A stretch of 64,000 bases of DNA from Candidatus Saccharimonadia bacterium (GCA_046597065.1 JBKJLI010000002.1:116071-180070); one strand, 5' to 3'. Shown: positions 1 to 10,626, counted from the stretch's first letter. Made by a program: numbers and translations. The notes: generated from the sequence alone by a model not told the origin.

Positions 1-227
1 ATAACGGCGGTAAGTTTCAAACTGATCAACTAACTAAAGCTGTAGAAATTCGCAATCAAAAACCCGATATTGAAATTGGTGTCGATGGGGGCGTTACTGA
101 TAAAAACGCTGCCCTAATAAGTTTGCAGGGAGTCGACGTACTTTATGTAGGTGGTTTTTTGCAATCGGCGGAGGACCCTCAGGCTGCCTTAGCCGAGATT
201 GATAATCAAGTTGGTATTAAAAAATGA
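1..227 (+). CDS. rpe: ribulose-phosphate 3-epimerase, 3' part (5' truncated by window edge)
   Basis: Frame 3 translates to ...KPDIEIGVDGGVTDKNAALISLQGVDVLYVGG...*; VDGG motif; stop overlaps transketolase ATG (ATGA). Confidence 0.9.
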   Translation, partial: NGGKFQTDQLTKAVEIRNQKPDIEIGVDGGVTDKNAALISLQGVDVLYVGGFLQSAEDPQAALAEIDNQVGIKK

Positions 228-1099
228 CAATTAACGATTTAGAAAAACAGGCTACAGTAATTCGCGAAGATATTATTGAGATGCTTGTGGCAGCTGGTAG
301 TGGCCACTCCGCCGGATCATTGGGCATGGCCGATGTATTCACGGCGCTATATTTTGAAATACTAAATCATGATCCAAAAAAACCAGACTGGCCCGACCGT
401 GATCGTTTGATCTTGTCTAATGGTCATATTGTGCCAGTGCGTTACGCCACTATGGCAAGAGCTGGGTATTTTCCGGTTAGTGAACTCAAAACTTTACGAA
501 AGCTTGGCACCCGGTTGCAAGGGCACCCCGAGCGCATGCGGTTGCCTGGGCTAGAAACAACTAGTGGTCCGCTTGGCTCTGGGTTAAGTGCTGCCTGTGG
601 CATTGCACTGGCTTTACGTATGGACGGCAAGCAACACAGCCGAGTTTACTGCGCCACCGGTGACGGCGAGCTAGACGAAGGTAATATTTGGGAAGCGGTA
701 ATGTTTGCGTCTAAGTATCGCTTGAATGGGCTCACTGTTATTGTCGATCGCAATAATATCCAGATTGATGGACCAACCGAATCGGTGATGCCATTAGGCG
801 ATGTAGGCGATAAGTTTAAGGCATTTGGTTGGCATGTTTTGGAGGTCGACGGACACAATATCCAAGCAATTATTGATGCCTGTAATCTTGCCAACGCGGT
901 CGAAGATCGCCCAACGGTAATTGTGGCTCGAACAATACCGGGTAAGGGAGTCGGTTATATGGAATATGATTACCGTTGGCATGGCAACCCTCCGGGCACA
1001 TTAGAGTTGGAAGGCGATCCGCCAAAGGCAGACCAAGCCAAAGTAGCTTTGCATGATTTGCGAACCCTTGGCGGCCGAATTAGGGGTGAGCATGAGTAA
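224..1099 (+). CDS. transketolase, N-terminal (TPP-binding) subunit
   Basis: SGH..GS, DRDRLILSNGH, LQGHP, GDGELDEG..WEA motifs. Confidence 0.95.
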   Translation: MTINDLEKQATVIREDIIEMLVAAGSGHSAGSLGMADVFTALYFEILNHDPKKPDWPDRDRLILSNGHIVPVRYATMARAGYFPVSELKTLRKLGTRLQGHPERMRLPGLETTSGPLGSGLSAACGIALALRMDGKQHSRVYCATGDGELDEGNIWEAVMFASKYRLNGLTVIVDRNNIQIDGPTESVMPLGDVGDKFKAFGWHVLEVDGHNIQAIIDACNLANAVEDRPTVIVARTIPGKGVGYMEYDYRWHGNPPGTLELEGDPPKADQAKVALHDLRTLGGRIRGEHE

Positions 1100-1114
1100 T
1101 TTGAGGATTAATGC

Positions 1115-2101
1115 ATGTTAAATCATGTTCAAAAGTTGGCAGCCGATGTTTTGAGCCCTGATGTTAAGCAGGAGCCTATTCGTAATGGTTTTGGTCGTGG
1201 GCTGGTAACTGCCGCCGAAAACAACCCATCGATAGTGGCCCTTTGTGCCGACCTAACCGCCTCTACTAAAATGGACGCATTTGCCAAACGCTTTCCCGAG
1301 CGGTTTGTTGAGGTTGGCATTGCCGAGCAGAATTTAGTTACGGTTGCATCGGGTATGGCCCTTACGGGGAAAATTCCATTTGCATCCAGCTACGCCGCCT
1401 TTTCACCCGGCCGAAACTGGGAGCAAATCCGTACATCAGTTTGTCTTAACGAAACGAACGTAAAAATCGTTGGCTCACATGCTGGTGTTTCAGTCGGCCC
1501 AGACGGTGCAACCCACCAAATATTAGAAGACATCGCTTTAATGAGAGTGCTTCCAAACATGACGGTTGTGGTTCCTTGCGATAGCGTTGAGGCCGAAAAA
1601 GCAACCATTGCTATAGCTAGCCAAAGCGGGGGTGCTTATTTGCGGTTAGCTCGCGAAAAATCACCGGTTATTACCACCGCTGATTCGCCATTTCATCTTG
1701 GTAAGGTTCAAGTGTTACGTGAAGGCACCGATCTAACGATAGTGGCCTGTGGCGTCATGGTATACCAATCTCTACTGGCTGCCGAGGCGCTATCTAAAAA
1801 GGGGATTGAGGCAGAGGTTATTAACTGCGCGATTATTAAGCCACTCGATACGGTTGGGTTGCTGGCCTCAATTCGAAAAACCGGTCGGGTACTGACCTGC
1901 GAGGAAGGTCAGATTGCCGGTGGTATGGGATCGGCAATAGCCGAATTGATTAGCGAACAGTATCCGGCGCCGCTTAAGCGCATTGGCATTCGTGATCATT
2001 TTGGCGAAAGTGGAAAGCCCGAAGAGCTGTATGAGCATTTTGGCCTAACTGCGCCACACATTGCAAAAGCCGCCCAAGAGCTAATAAAAAAGGATAAATA
2101 G
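1115..2101 (+). CDS. transketolase, C-terminal subunit
   Basis: RFVEVGIAEQ and GPDGATHQ motifs; follows the N-terminal half. Confidence 0.95.
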   Translation: MLNHVQKLAADVLSPDVKQEPIRNGFGRGLVTAAENNPSIVALCADLTASTKMDAFAKRFPERFVEVGIAEQNLVTVASGMALTGKIPFASSYAAFSPGRNWEQIRTSVCLNETNVKIVGSHAGVSVGPDGATHQILEDIALMRVLPNMTVVVPCDSVEAEKATIAIASQSGGAYLRLAREKSPVITTADSPFHLGKVQVLREGTDLTIVACGVMVYQSLLAAEALSKKGIEAEVINCAIIKPLDTVGLLASIRKTGRVLTCEEGQIAGGMGSAIAELISEQYPAPLKRIGIRDHFGESGKPEELYEHFGLTAPHIAKAAQELIKKDK

Positions 2102-2986
2102 ATGACCGAAAATATAAAAAAAGCTCGCGAAATGTATGACCGTGCCCGGGCCGAAAAATTCGCCATTGGTGCTTTTAACATCGATAACCAGGAAACCATG
2201 ATTGCAGTAGCTCGCGCTGCCAAAGCACAGAACGCCCCGGTTATGGTAGAGGCAAGTGATGGCGAGGTTAAAGCTTTAGGCTTGAAAAACATTCGTGACA
2301 TGGTAGATAACTACAGTGCAGAGTATGGCGTAACCATGTTCATAAACTTAGACCACAGCCCGACGGTAGAAGCCTGTAAGGCTGCAATTGATGCTGGTTT
2401 TGAGTTTATACATATTGATATTTCACAGGCCAACCATGACGCCAGCGATGAGGATATTATCAAAGCAACCGAAGAAGTTGTGCGCTATGCCGCCAAAACC
2501 GGTGCACTAGTAGAAAGCGAACCGCACTACTTTGGAGGTAGCTCTAATTTGCATAAAGAGACCATCGATTATGTTGAAATTAAGAAAACATTTTCTACGC
2601 CACAAGGAGCCAAGGCGTTTGTGAATGCTACCGGCATTGATACCTTCGCCGCTGCCATTGGCAATCTTCATGGTAAATACCCAGTGCCAAAAGAGTTAGA
2701 CATCGCTCTGCTGGAACAGATTCGGTCTTCAATCGGCTGTGCAATTAGTTTACATGGGGGATCGGGGACTCCTGATCACTTTTATAAAGAGGCGGTGAGA
2801 GCCGGTGTTACAAAAATTAACATTAACTCTGATATGCGTATTGCCTATCGCAATACACTTGAGCAGCAACTAAAAGCCAACCCAGATGAGTATGCAGTAG
2901 TTAAGTTAATCCCGGCGGTGATTGACGCGGTGCAGGCGGTGGTTGAGCATAAGATAGAAATGTTCAATTCGGCAGGCAAGGCCTGA
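2102..2986 (+). CDS. fba: class II fructose-bisphosphate aldolase
   Basis: AIGAFN, LDH, AIGNLHG, LHGGSG, KININSD motifs. Confidence 0.92.
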   Translation: MTENIKKAREMYDRARAEKFAIGAFNIDNQETMIAVARAAKAQNAPVMVEASDGEVKALGLKNIRDMVDNYSAEYGVTMFINLDHSPTVEACKAAIDAGFEFIHIDISQANHDASDEDIIKATEEVVRYAAKTGALVESEPHYFGGSSNLHKETIDYVEIKKTFSTPQGAKAFVNATGIDTFAAAIGNLHGKYPVPKELDIALLEQIRSSIGCAISLHGGSGTPDHFYKEAVRAGVTKININSDMRIAYRNTLEQQLKANPDEYAVVKLIPAVIDAVQAVVEHKIEMFNSAGKA

Positions 2987-3624
2987 AACAGACTAAAAAT
3001 TTTCAGTCGGAGCTAATCACAGCTAGTAAGAAGCTATCTGCAAACGACTATAATTTGTCGAATGTAATTAAACGGGTAGGTCCATGCACTTTATCGCCGC
3101 ATACCGATTATTGGCGTGAGCTAGTAGACTCGATAATAAGTCAACAGCTAAGCATTAAAGCTTCGGCTACAATTGTTAAGCGGTTTGCTCGGCTAGGCTT
3201 AGGGAATTTTCCAACACCAAAAGAAGTTTTGGGGTTGGAGTTTGATGTACTGCGGTCGGTTGGTATGTCTGGTGCAAAGGCCAACTATGTCCAGGATTTA
3301 GCAAGGCATGTGTTGGATAGAAGAATTGATCTAGAGAGCTTGCCAACGCTTAGTAATGAAGAAATCATAACGGTATTGACCGATGTTAAGGGCATTGGAG
3401 AGTGGACGGCGCATATGTTCTTAATATTTAGCCTTAGAAGACTCGATGTATTGCCAACTGGGGATCTAGGCGTCAGACGAGGAATGCGAATACTTTATGA
3501 GCTCAATGAGCTACCAAATCCAATCGAGATGCAATCGATATCAGCCCATTGTGGTTGGATGGGATATGAGTCGGTCGCTGCCTGGTACTTATGGCGGGTG
3601 GTTGACCAACCACATCCAGATTGA
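2983..3624 (+). CDS. DNA-3-methyladenine glycosylase II (AlkA/HhH-GPD family); start uncertain (CTG 2983 or TTG 3055)
   Basis: IISQQLS, helix-hairpin-helix VKGIGEWTA, LP.GDLGVR motifs. Confidence 0.88.
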   Translation: MKQTKNFQSELITASKKLSANDYNLSNVIKRVGPCTLSPHTDYWRELVDSIISQQLSIKASATIVKRFARLGLGNFPTPKEVLGLEFDVLRSVGMSGAKANYVQDLARHVLDRRIDLESLPTLSNEEIITVLTDVKGIGEWTAHMFLIFSLRRLDVLPTGDLGVRRGMRILYELNELPNPIEMQSISAHCGWMGYESVAAWYLWRVVDQPHPD

Positions 3625-3697
3625 CAGCCTTCGCGGGAGCAATCATAATTAAGCTTAAGTATTATAAAAAATAAAATAAAAAAGCAAACTATCAGAT

Positions 3698-4672
3698 ATG
3701 GAACCAAGCGAAATTAGAATAATGTCGATCGGAGCGGCGTCGCAAGATGTCCTGGTTTCGGGTCGTGATTTGCACGCTAAGCGTGACGTGCGTACTCATG
3801 CTTACATTGAACAGTTCCCTTTAGGTGCAAAGCTTGAACTTGATCGGGTAGTATTTGATACCGGTGGCGGTGCCACTAACGCGGCGGTGACATTTGCACG
3901 CCAAGGATTTAAAACCGGATTTGCGGGTAAGATTGGCCGCGACCCAGCTGGCGCCGAAGTCTTACGGGTGCTTAAACGCGAAGGTATCGATACAAGCCAC
4001 GTTCATGTTGGCGATCGACAAACCACTGCTTATTCGGTAATTTTATTAGCCGACAACGGGGAGCGCACTATTTTAGCATTGCGTGGCGCCTCGGCTCATT
4101 TGCGCTCGGAGGATTTTTATAAAGGCCCAGAAATTAAGGCCGACTGGTTATATATTTCTTCGGTGGCCGGCAATATGGATCTACTTAAACGCCTGATAGT
4201 TCATGCCCATAATCGTGGTACCAAAGTTGCAATTAACCCCGGCCGCGGCGAGTTGGCCGAGCCTAAAAAATTACGTGATTTGCTTAGTGGGGTCGAAGTT
4301 CTACTGGCTAATCGCGAAGAGTTGCAGCGATTATTCGGTGGCGAAAAACCAACCGATACTCTACTTAATGCTATGGGTCACTGCCCATATGTGGTTTTGA
4401 CTGACGGACCTAAGGGTAGTTATGCCACCAACGGCCATAGCATTACCTTTGCTGGCCAGTACAAAAAAGTGCCGGTTATTGATCGCACCGGAGCCGGCGA
4501 TGCCTTTAACTCCGGATTTGTAGCAGCCATTGCCAGAGGCTGGTCGATTGAAGACGCCTTAACATTAGGCAGCGCCAACTCTACCTCGGTAGTTCAGGTT
4601 GTTGGCGCTAAGGGTGGAATCTTACGCGGCGCCAAGGTAAAGCGGATGAAGGTCCAACGGGTCGCGATTTAA
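3698..4672 (+). CDS. PfkB/ribokinase-family carbohydrate kinase
   Basis: GGGATNAA and DRTGAGDAF signatures. Confidence 0.92.
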   Translation: MEPSEIRIMSIGAASQDVLVSGRDLHAKRDVRTHAYIEQFPLGAKLELDRVVFDTGGGATNAAVTFARQGFKTGFAGKIGRDPAGAEVLRVLKREGIDTSHVHVGDRQTTAYSVILLADNGERTILALRGASAHLRSEDFYKGPEIKADWLYISSVAGNMDLLKRLIVHAHNRGTKVAINPGRGELAEPKKLRDLLSGVEVLLANREELQRLFGGEKPTDTLLNAMGHCPYVVLTDGPKGSYATNGHSITFAGQYKKVPVIDRTGAGDAFNSGFVAAIARGWSIEDALTLGSANSTSVVQVVGAKGGILRGAKVKRMKVQRVAI

Positions 4673-5901
4673 TGAGCTTATTAGCTACCTTACTGATGGC
4701 TAAGGAGCCATTACTTGATCAAGCTTTAGCCCAACTAGAAAAGCGCACTGGTAAAAAAGGCGTCGATGTAAAGCTAACCGCCGAACTTGCCGAAAAGTCG
4801 GCCAAAATGACTAAGTTGATGGGGTTAAGGCCGGATTGTAGCGGCGAAGAGCTGTATCTTGCTTTGCTTAAAAAAATTAAAGAGCAAGATGCACATTTAG
4901 CCACTACTATTGGTGGACGCGATGCCGAAGATGTTAACGAAATGATTCCACTGGCACTGCGGCGGCTGGAGCAGATTCAGATGCCCCGTAATTGCTTTGC
5001 ACTTAAATACTCAAAGGCCGCCGAGATGCTTGTAAAACGGCAGCCGGAACAGTTAATGAAGCGGCTAGGATATACCGATGCTGCTACCATGGTGGCCAAC
5101 GAAGATTTGGCGGAGCTTTTCATAGCCATTCGTTTTACCGAAGGGCCAGATTGGTTAAATGATTTCAATACCGTTTATGAGGATTTAAAAAGCAGTGACT
5201 TTGAAGAACGGCCAATTAAACTGGTGCGCTTTGATGCTAAGAAATGGGGTGATGTAGCCGCTCATTTCATCGATAAAAAGAAACACATCAACACCCATTC
5301 CAAAGAGCTTGGCGTAGTAGCAATCTTGCCTCCACCGCATCCACATATGAAGGCAATAACCCTAAAAGTCATTACTCTAACGCTGCATTACTTTAATGAA
5401 GTACGACTATATAGTGCCTACTTTAAGCTATTATCCGGCCGCCCACATTTTGGCCATATTCTAAGCGAAACCTTAATTGCCGATACACCGCACGTGCAAC
5501 TAATTGAGCATCATAAAATTCACTGGCGAGTGATCCAGCGTTATTATGGAAAGATTGGCGAGGGCGATAAGCACCCGGAAATTTTTCAGCCTCATTTACA
5601 GCCAGAAGACCTTCACTGGCGTTCGGCTGAAAAGATTTTGTATCAGATAGACCCAGAGATGAATATTTGGCAAGATATGGACTATGTTGGGGTGCTGAAG
5701 GGGAGCGATATTGTCACTTTCAACCTTATGGATATTGCCTTGGCATATGCCAACGAGATTCCCTTTGAAGAGCGCTATTTGTATCACTTTCGCGAGTCGT
5801 TGTGGAATGAGGTGTTTGCTCGCTATATGGGTAACAAGCTTTTACGTGAACAGTTATTGAATAAGCTCGATAATGCTATCGTAAAACCGGAAATGCTATG
5901 A
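4672..5901 (+). CDS. hypothetical protein, 409 aa
   Basis: Long ORF with host-like codons, overlapping the stop/start of both neighbours; no motif recognised. Confidence 0.8.
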   Translation: MSLLATLLMAKEPLLDQALAQLEKRTGKKGVDVKLTAELAEKSAKMTKLMGLRPDCSGEELYLALLKKIKEQDAHLATTIGGRDAEDVNEMIPLALRRLEQIQMPRNCFALKYSKAAEMLVKRQPEQLMKRLGYTDAATMVANEDLAELFIAIRFTEGPDWLNDFNTVYEDLKSSDFEERPIKLVRFDAKKWGDVAAHFIDKKKHINTHSKELGVVAILPPPHPHMKAITLKVITLTLHYFNEVRLYSAYFKLLSGRPHFGHILSETLIADTPHVQLIEHHKIHWRVIQRYYGKIGEGDKHPEIFQPHLQPEDLHWRSAEKILYQIDPEMNIWQDMDYVGVLKGSDIVTFNLMDIALAYANEIPFEERYLYHFRESLWNEVFARYMGNKLLREQLLNKLDNAIVKPEML

Positions 5902-6461
5902 AAACCGCTCCACATAGTCGCTATCCATATCAAATCTGCGTGTCGGGCGCGGCTAAGGGAACAACGGTTAATGGCGCGCACTTATTGGCCGAAGCAGCTG
6001 GCCGCAGAATAGCCGAACGGGGCCATGTTTGCTTAACGGGGGCCACTAGCGGGCTGCCCGACCACGCCGCCAAGGGAGCCAAAGAGGCGGGCGGCGTTTC
6101 GATAGGGTTTTCGCCGGCCGCATCACGACGCGACCACGTAAAAAGCTACAAGCTGCCGACAAAGTATTATGACAGCATTTTGTGTACTGGCTTTGAATAC
6201 ACCGGTCGCGATTTACTACTGGTGCGCTCTAGCGACGCCATTATTACGATTGGTGGGCGGATAGGTACCTTGCAAGAGTTTGCGGTGGCCTTTGAAGAAA
6301 AGACGCCAATTGGTATTGTGGTTGGTTCAGGCGGAGTTACCGATGTAATCAAAGTTATCTTAAAAGCCGCCAAGCGCAATCGTCACACCGTACTTTATGA
6401 TGAAGACCCAGCTAAGTTGGTCGATCAAATGATTGAGATACTTGGCCAACGCGATAAATAA
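5898..6461 (+). CDS. LOG/SLOG-family nucleotide-binding protein
   Basis: LTGA..G, GG.SIG.SP and GGRIGTLQE motifs. Confidence 0.85.
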   Translation: MKTAPHSRYPYQICVSGAAKGTTVNGAHLLAEAAGRRIAERGHVCLTGATSGLPDHAAKGAKEAGGVSIGFSPAASRRDHVKSYKLPTKYYDSILCTGFEYTGRDLLLVRSSDAIITIGGRIGTLQEFAVAFEEKTPIGIVVGSGGVTDVIKVILKAAKRNRHTVLYDEDPAKLVDQMIEILGQRDK

Positions 6462-6476
6462 GTTCAAAAATGGGAA

Positions 6477-6521
6477 AAGCCTGAAAACGTTGATCCGTCT
6501 TACGACGGCATTTTCAGGCTT
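6477..6521. terminator. hairpin between convergent genes
   Basis: AAGCCTGAAAA...TTTTCAGGCTT inverted repeat with inner CCGTC/GACGG stem. Confidence 0.6.
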
Positions 6522-6560
6522 GGGGTAGCACCCCTCCGTTCCCTCTGCGATCCCGCAGTT

Positions 6561-6785
6561 TTAGCTCTTGCCTCTTTTCCTTCGAGGAATGAAGATGTAT
6601 GCGAGAACGATGATGAAGATGAAGACACCAAAGGTGTCAACGAACTTCACGGTGGCGACCATCGCCAGCTGGAGGAGGAAGTATCCTCCGATCAACATGA
6701 CAGCCAGTGCCACGATTGCGTGCAGCCAGCTCTGGACCGCCCAGTCGAACGCCTGTCGAATGATCGAGGGGTTGTTGTTCGGCAT
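6561..6785 (-). CDS. orphan small membrane protein (2 TM, basic C-tail); cassette 1
   Basis: SD AGAAAGG 6 nt before ATG, strongly C/G-ending codons, own promoter. Confidence 0.75.
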   Translation of the reverse strand: MPNNNPSIIRQAFDWAVQSWLHAIVALAVMLIGGYFLLQLAMVATVKFVDTFGVFIFIIVLAYIFIPRRKRGKS

Positions 6786-6902
6786 ATCGTACCTTTCTGA
6801 GATCGGTCAATGGTGGCTGCGATAAGCGGCCACATGGAGGGGCTGAAGTTTGAGGTGCTACATTGCCAGATTGTGCTGAAAGCGTAAATTTGACAATAGG
6901 CA

Positions 6903-6931
6903 ATAGTACTACAAATACTACAAGAAGTCAA
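6903..6931 (-). promoter_or_regulatory. sigma70-type promoter of cassette 1
   Basis: TTGACT-17 nt-TACTAT on the minus strand. Confidence 0.7.
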
Positions 6932-6980
6932 TAGCACTTATGGTTCACGGCACTTGTTAATGCTTGTATAATTAAATGTT

Positions 6981-8972
6981 ATGACTCAGTTCAAACTCTC
7001 GAGTAAATATCTGCCAGCCGGTGATCAGCCCTCTGCTATCGCTCAGCTTAATGACGGCCTAAAACGCGGCGATAAAGAGCAGACATTGCTAGGTGTAACT
7101 GGGTCCGGTAAAACCTTTACCATGGCCAATATTATCCAACAGCAGCAACGGCCGACATTGATCTTAAGCCATAATAAGACCTTAGCTGCACAGCTTTATG
7201 GCGAGTTTAAGCAGTTTTTCCCAGATAATGCTGTTCAATACTTTGTTAGTTATTACGATTACTATCAACCAGAGGCTTATATACCCCGAAGCGACACATT
7301 TATCGAAAAAGATAGCGCCATTAATGAAGAAATCGATAGGCTGCGTCATGCAGCTACGATGAGCCTGTTGAGTCGCAAAGATGTAATAATTGTGGCTTCG
7401 GTAAGCTGTATTTACGGCCTAGGTAACCCAGGCGACTACATGAGTATGACGGTCGACGTAAAGGTGGGCGAGACGCGCAAACGCGACAAGCTGCTGCGCC
7501 TGCTCACCGATATTCAGTACAGCCGCAATGACATGAACTTTACGCGCGGGACTTTTAGGGTTCGTGGAGATACGGTTGAGATTTTTCCGGCCGGCGACGA
7601 GACTGCTTTTCGGGTGGAGTTTTATGGCGACGAGGTTGAACGCATTCGCCAGGTGGACCCATTAACGGGGGAGGTTATTGCCGACCGTAAGGACTTAAAA
7701 GTTTTTCCAGCCAAGCACTTTGTGACACCCAATGAAAAGTTAATGAAAGCAATTGGTGGGGTAAATACCGAGCTAGCCACGCGAGTGGCGGAACTAAAAG
7801 TTCAGAATAAACTAATCGAAGCCCAGCGCCTAGAGCAGCGCACCAAATTTGATATGGAGATGCTAGAACAGACCGGATTTGTTGGCGGCATTGAAAACTA
7901 CTCGCGTTATCTAGGCAGCCGTGAGCCGGGTGAACAGCCGGCAACACTGATCGACTACTTTCCAGATGATTTTTTGCTTTTTGTTGATGAAAGCCATATC
8001 ACTATTCCTCAGGTACGGGGGATGTTTAATGGTGATCGTGCTCGCAAAGAAACGCTCGTCAATTATGGCTTTCGATTGCCAAGTGCTTTAGACAACCGTC
8101 CACTTCGTTTTGATGAGTTTGAGCGCCACATCAATCAAGCTATTTACGTTTCGGCGACCCCGGCGCCGTGGGAGCTTGAGCGTTCAGTGCAGGTGGCGCG
8201 GCAAATAATTCGACCCACTGGGTTGCTAGATCCAGAAATTGAAGTAAGGCCGGTTGAGCATCAGATTGATGATTTGATAAAAGAGATTCGTTCAACAGTA
8301 GCCAAAAAACAGCGGGTGCTGGTGACTACCCTAACCAAGAGGATGGCCGAGGATCTAACAACCTATTTACAAGAGAGCGGCATAAAGGTGCAGTACCTGC
8401 ATTCAGAGATAAATACTCTGGACAGAGTTGATATTCTGCATGATTTACGTAGCGGTGTGTTTGACGTTGTGGTTGGTATTAATCTGCTACGCGAGGGCCT
8501 AGATTTGCCGGAAGTCAGCCTGGTGGCAATTATCGATGCCGACAAAGAGGGTTTTTTGCGCAGTGAGTCGGCCTTAATGCAAACCATTGGTCGCGCCGCC
8601 CGCCATGTTGAAGGAAGAGTGATTATGTACGCCGACAACATTACACGTTCTATGAAGGCGGCTATCGACACTACAATTGAGAGGCGGAAAATTCAGGGTG
8701 CATATAATGAACAGCATGGAGTTACCGCAACCGGTATTAAAAAGGCGTTAGCCGAGCGCATGCAGGCCGAAGAGGCTGCCGAGACCGCCGATATAAAGCC
8801 GCTAAATATTAAGGACATACCCAAAGATGAACGCAAACACTTGCTAGACGAACTAGGGATGCAAATGCAGATGGCGGCCGAAAACCTACAGTTTGAAAAA
8901 GCCGGGGCATTACGTGACCAAATTGAGGAAATTAAGGCAGCTACCGCGGCCACTAAAAGGCCCAAAATCTAA
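6981..8972 (+). CDS. uvrB: excinuclease ABC subunit B
   Basis: [27 protein letters not shown]-terminal UVR domain. Confidence 0.98.
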   Translation: MTQFKLSSKYLPAGDQPSAIAQLNDGLKRGDKEQTLLGVTGSGKTFTMANIIQQQQRPTLILSHNKTLAAQLYGEFKQFFPDNAVQYFVSYYDYYQPEAYIPRSDTFIEKDSAINEEIDRLRHAATMSLLSRKDVIIVASVSCIYGLGNPGDYMSMTVDVKVGETRKRDKLLRLLTDIQYSRNDMNFTRGTFRVRGDTVEIFPAGDETAFRVEFYGDEVERIRQVDPLTGEVIADRKDLKVFPAKHFVTPNEKLMKAIGGVNTELATRVAELKVQNKLIEAQRLEQRTKFDMEMLEQTGFVGGIENYSRYLGSREPGEQPATLIDYFPDDFLLFVDESHITIPQVRGMFNGDRARKETLVNYGFRLPSALDNRPLRFDEFERHINQAIYVSATPAPWELERSVQVARQIIRPTGLLDPEIEVRPVEHQIDDLIKEIRSTVAKKQRVLVTTLTKRMAEDLTTYLQESGIKVQYLHSEINTLDRVDILHDLRSGVFDVVVGINLLREGLDLPEVSLVAIIDADKEGFLRSESALMQTIGRAARHVEGRVIMYADNITRSMKAAIDTTIERRKIQGAYNEQHGVTATGIKKALAERMQAEEAAETADIKPLNIKDIPKDERKHLLDELGMQMQMAAENLQFEKAGALRDQIEEIKAATAATKRPKI

Positions 8973-9037
8973 GATCTGGATTGACAGCATAAGCGGTTTG
9001 CCAGATAATTTAGGCAATATACACAAGGAAAAATCCA

Positions 9038-9751
9038 GTGCATCCCGAACTTAATAAATATATTGCTGATAAGCGTACCCATGGGCTGAGCGATGAAGCC
9101 ATAAAAGATAATTTAGTTGCGGGTGGCTGGAATGAAACCACCGTTAGCGCGGCTTTACGGGGTGATGCCAGCGAGGTTCCGGCACCTCCTCCGCCCCCAG
9201 CAGGTCCTGTAGTTAGCCCCATAGCAGCAGGTGGGCAGCCAGCACCGGTAGCCGTGGTACAAAACTTCACCACTACCGGGCTGGAATACATTATTATGTT
9301 TATTAGTTTGTGGGTAACCGCTACCTCGATCGGTTTTCTGGCGCATGAAATGGTGAATAACGCGCTGGCCAACGATACCAGTAACACCTACAGTTTTGCT
9401 GGATTTGATCAGATGTCGGTAGCCGCTCTAATTGTTTCCCTGCCAATATTTACGATACTATTCCTGAGGTTAAAAAAGCGCGAAAACAACGATGCCTCAA
9501 TAAAAAATGATCCATCTCGCAAAAAAGCGGTGCAATTAACTTTAATTGTAACTTTTCTAACTGGCTTGCTTAACGTCATCGGTTATATTTATGGCCTTCT
9601 AACCCCTGCCACAAGTGGTACTAGCGATTATATCGGGATTGGGGCATCTACACAGGGCGGCATCATCAATCTTGCTCATACGCTCATTACTTTGCTGATT
9701 GCCGGCGGTATTTTCGCTTATTATTGGCACGATGAACACAAAAAAGACTAA
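9038..9751 (+). CDS. multi-pass membrane protein (DUF5671-like)
   Basis: N-terminal I...L...GW motif, Pro-rich linker, 4 TM; family assignment from memory. Confidence 0.65.
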   Translation: MHPELNKYIADKRTHGLSDEAIKDNLVAGGWNETTVSAALRGDASEVPAPPPPPAGPVVSPIAAGGQPAPVAVVQNFTTTGLEYIIMFISLWVTATSIGFLAHEMVNNALANDTSNTYSFAGFDQMSVAALIVSLPIFTILFLRLKKRENNDASIKNDPSRKKAVQLTLIVTFLTGLLNVIGYIYGLLTPATSGTSDYIGIGASTQGGIINLAHTLITLLIAGGIFAYYWHDEHKKD

Positions 9752-9756
9752 CTGAA

Positions 9757-10227
9757 ATGCGAAAGTATTACTTAGGCATCGCATTTATCTGGGTACTAGC
9801 GGCGGGTATAATCTCTATTCATTATTTTGGACAGGCTGGGAAGGTAGAGGATGTCCAAAGGTTGGAGGACTTAACCTCAATTAACGACCGTGTTAGTGCA
9901 TATATCGAAAAGAACAATAAGCTTCCGGATAAGCTTGGCGACGTACAACTCAATACATTAAAACGAAGTTCGAGCGAATATGAATATATCAAAGGATCGA
10001 GCACTGTAGCTGATCAGGTGGAATATCAACTTTGCGCAACTTTTAGCAAATCAAATGGGTATATCCCTGCGACTAGTGGCCAGGATGATTATTTAAGTGG
10101 CGGTACCACCAGCCACAAAGCCGGTCGTCAGTGCTTTACTTTGACTCAATATGTGGCACCGAATGAGACTATTCGCCCTGGTCAACCATCAATTTTCAGC
10201 CCTACCCCTACTCAACAAGTCCGTTAA
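9757..10227 (+). CDS. membrane-anchored pilin/pseudopilin-like hypothetical protein
   Basis: N-terminal TM, R..DL..I...Y...LP..L, YQLCATF, GRQCF. Confidence 0.6.
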   Translation: MRKYYLGIAFIWVLAAGIISIHYFGQAGKVEDVQRLEDLTSINDRVSAYIEKNNKLPDKLGDVQLNTLKRSSSEYEYIKGSSTVADQVEYQLCATFSKSNGYIPATSGQDDYLSGGTTSHKAGRQCFTLTQYVAPNETIRPGQPSIFSPTPTQQVR

Positions 10228-10292
10228 ATAGAAAGACCCCAACTTCCTCGCCAGGGTTGGGCCCATAGTAATAATTTGTCCCAATCGTTACT

Positions 10293-10321
10293 TTGACAAG
10301 CGGATATTAAAATGATATAAC
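10293..10321 (+). promoter_or_regulatory. sigma70-type promoter of cassette 2
   Basis: TTGACA-17 nt-TATAAC with TG extension. Confidence 0.7.
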
Positions 10322-10369
10322 ATTTATTAGTCTTCAGTTGTCCAAATCGACCTCTTTGAAAGGACGAGC

Positions 10370-10624
10370 ATGAAGAAGCACTGTAGTACGCGAAGGTCGG
10401 TTTCTCAAATTCCGACGGCCAATTACAGGTTGATGGATCTGATCATCTGCATTTCGATGATGAAACTTCTCTTCATCCTGGTGCTCGCAGCCTTGCTATC
10501 CAGTGGCTGGGAACGAGTTATCGCAGTGGCTTGCTTTGCAGGTTTGATTGCTTCGGCATGGCTGATTCGTCGGTGGACAGTCAATGGGTTGCGTGGCAAC
10601 TCCAAGCCCTATAGAAAGGACTAG
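10370..10624 (+). CDS. orphan small membrane protein (2 TM); cassette 2a
   Basis: SD GAAAGGA before ATG; hydrophobic segments. Confidence 0.6.
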   Translation: MKKHCSTRRSVSQIPTANYRLMDLIICISMMKLLFILVLAALLSSGWERVIAVACFAGLIASAWLIRRWTVNGLRGNSKPYRKD

Positions 10625-10626
10625 AG

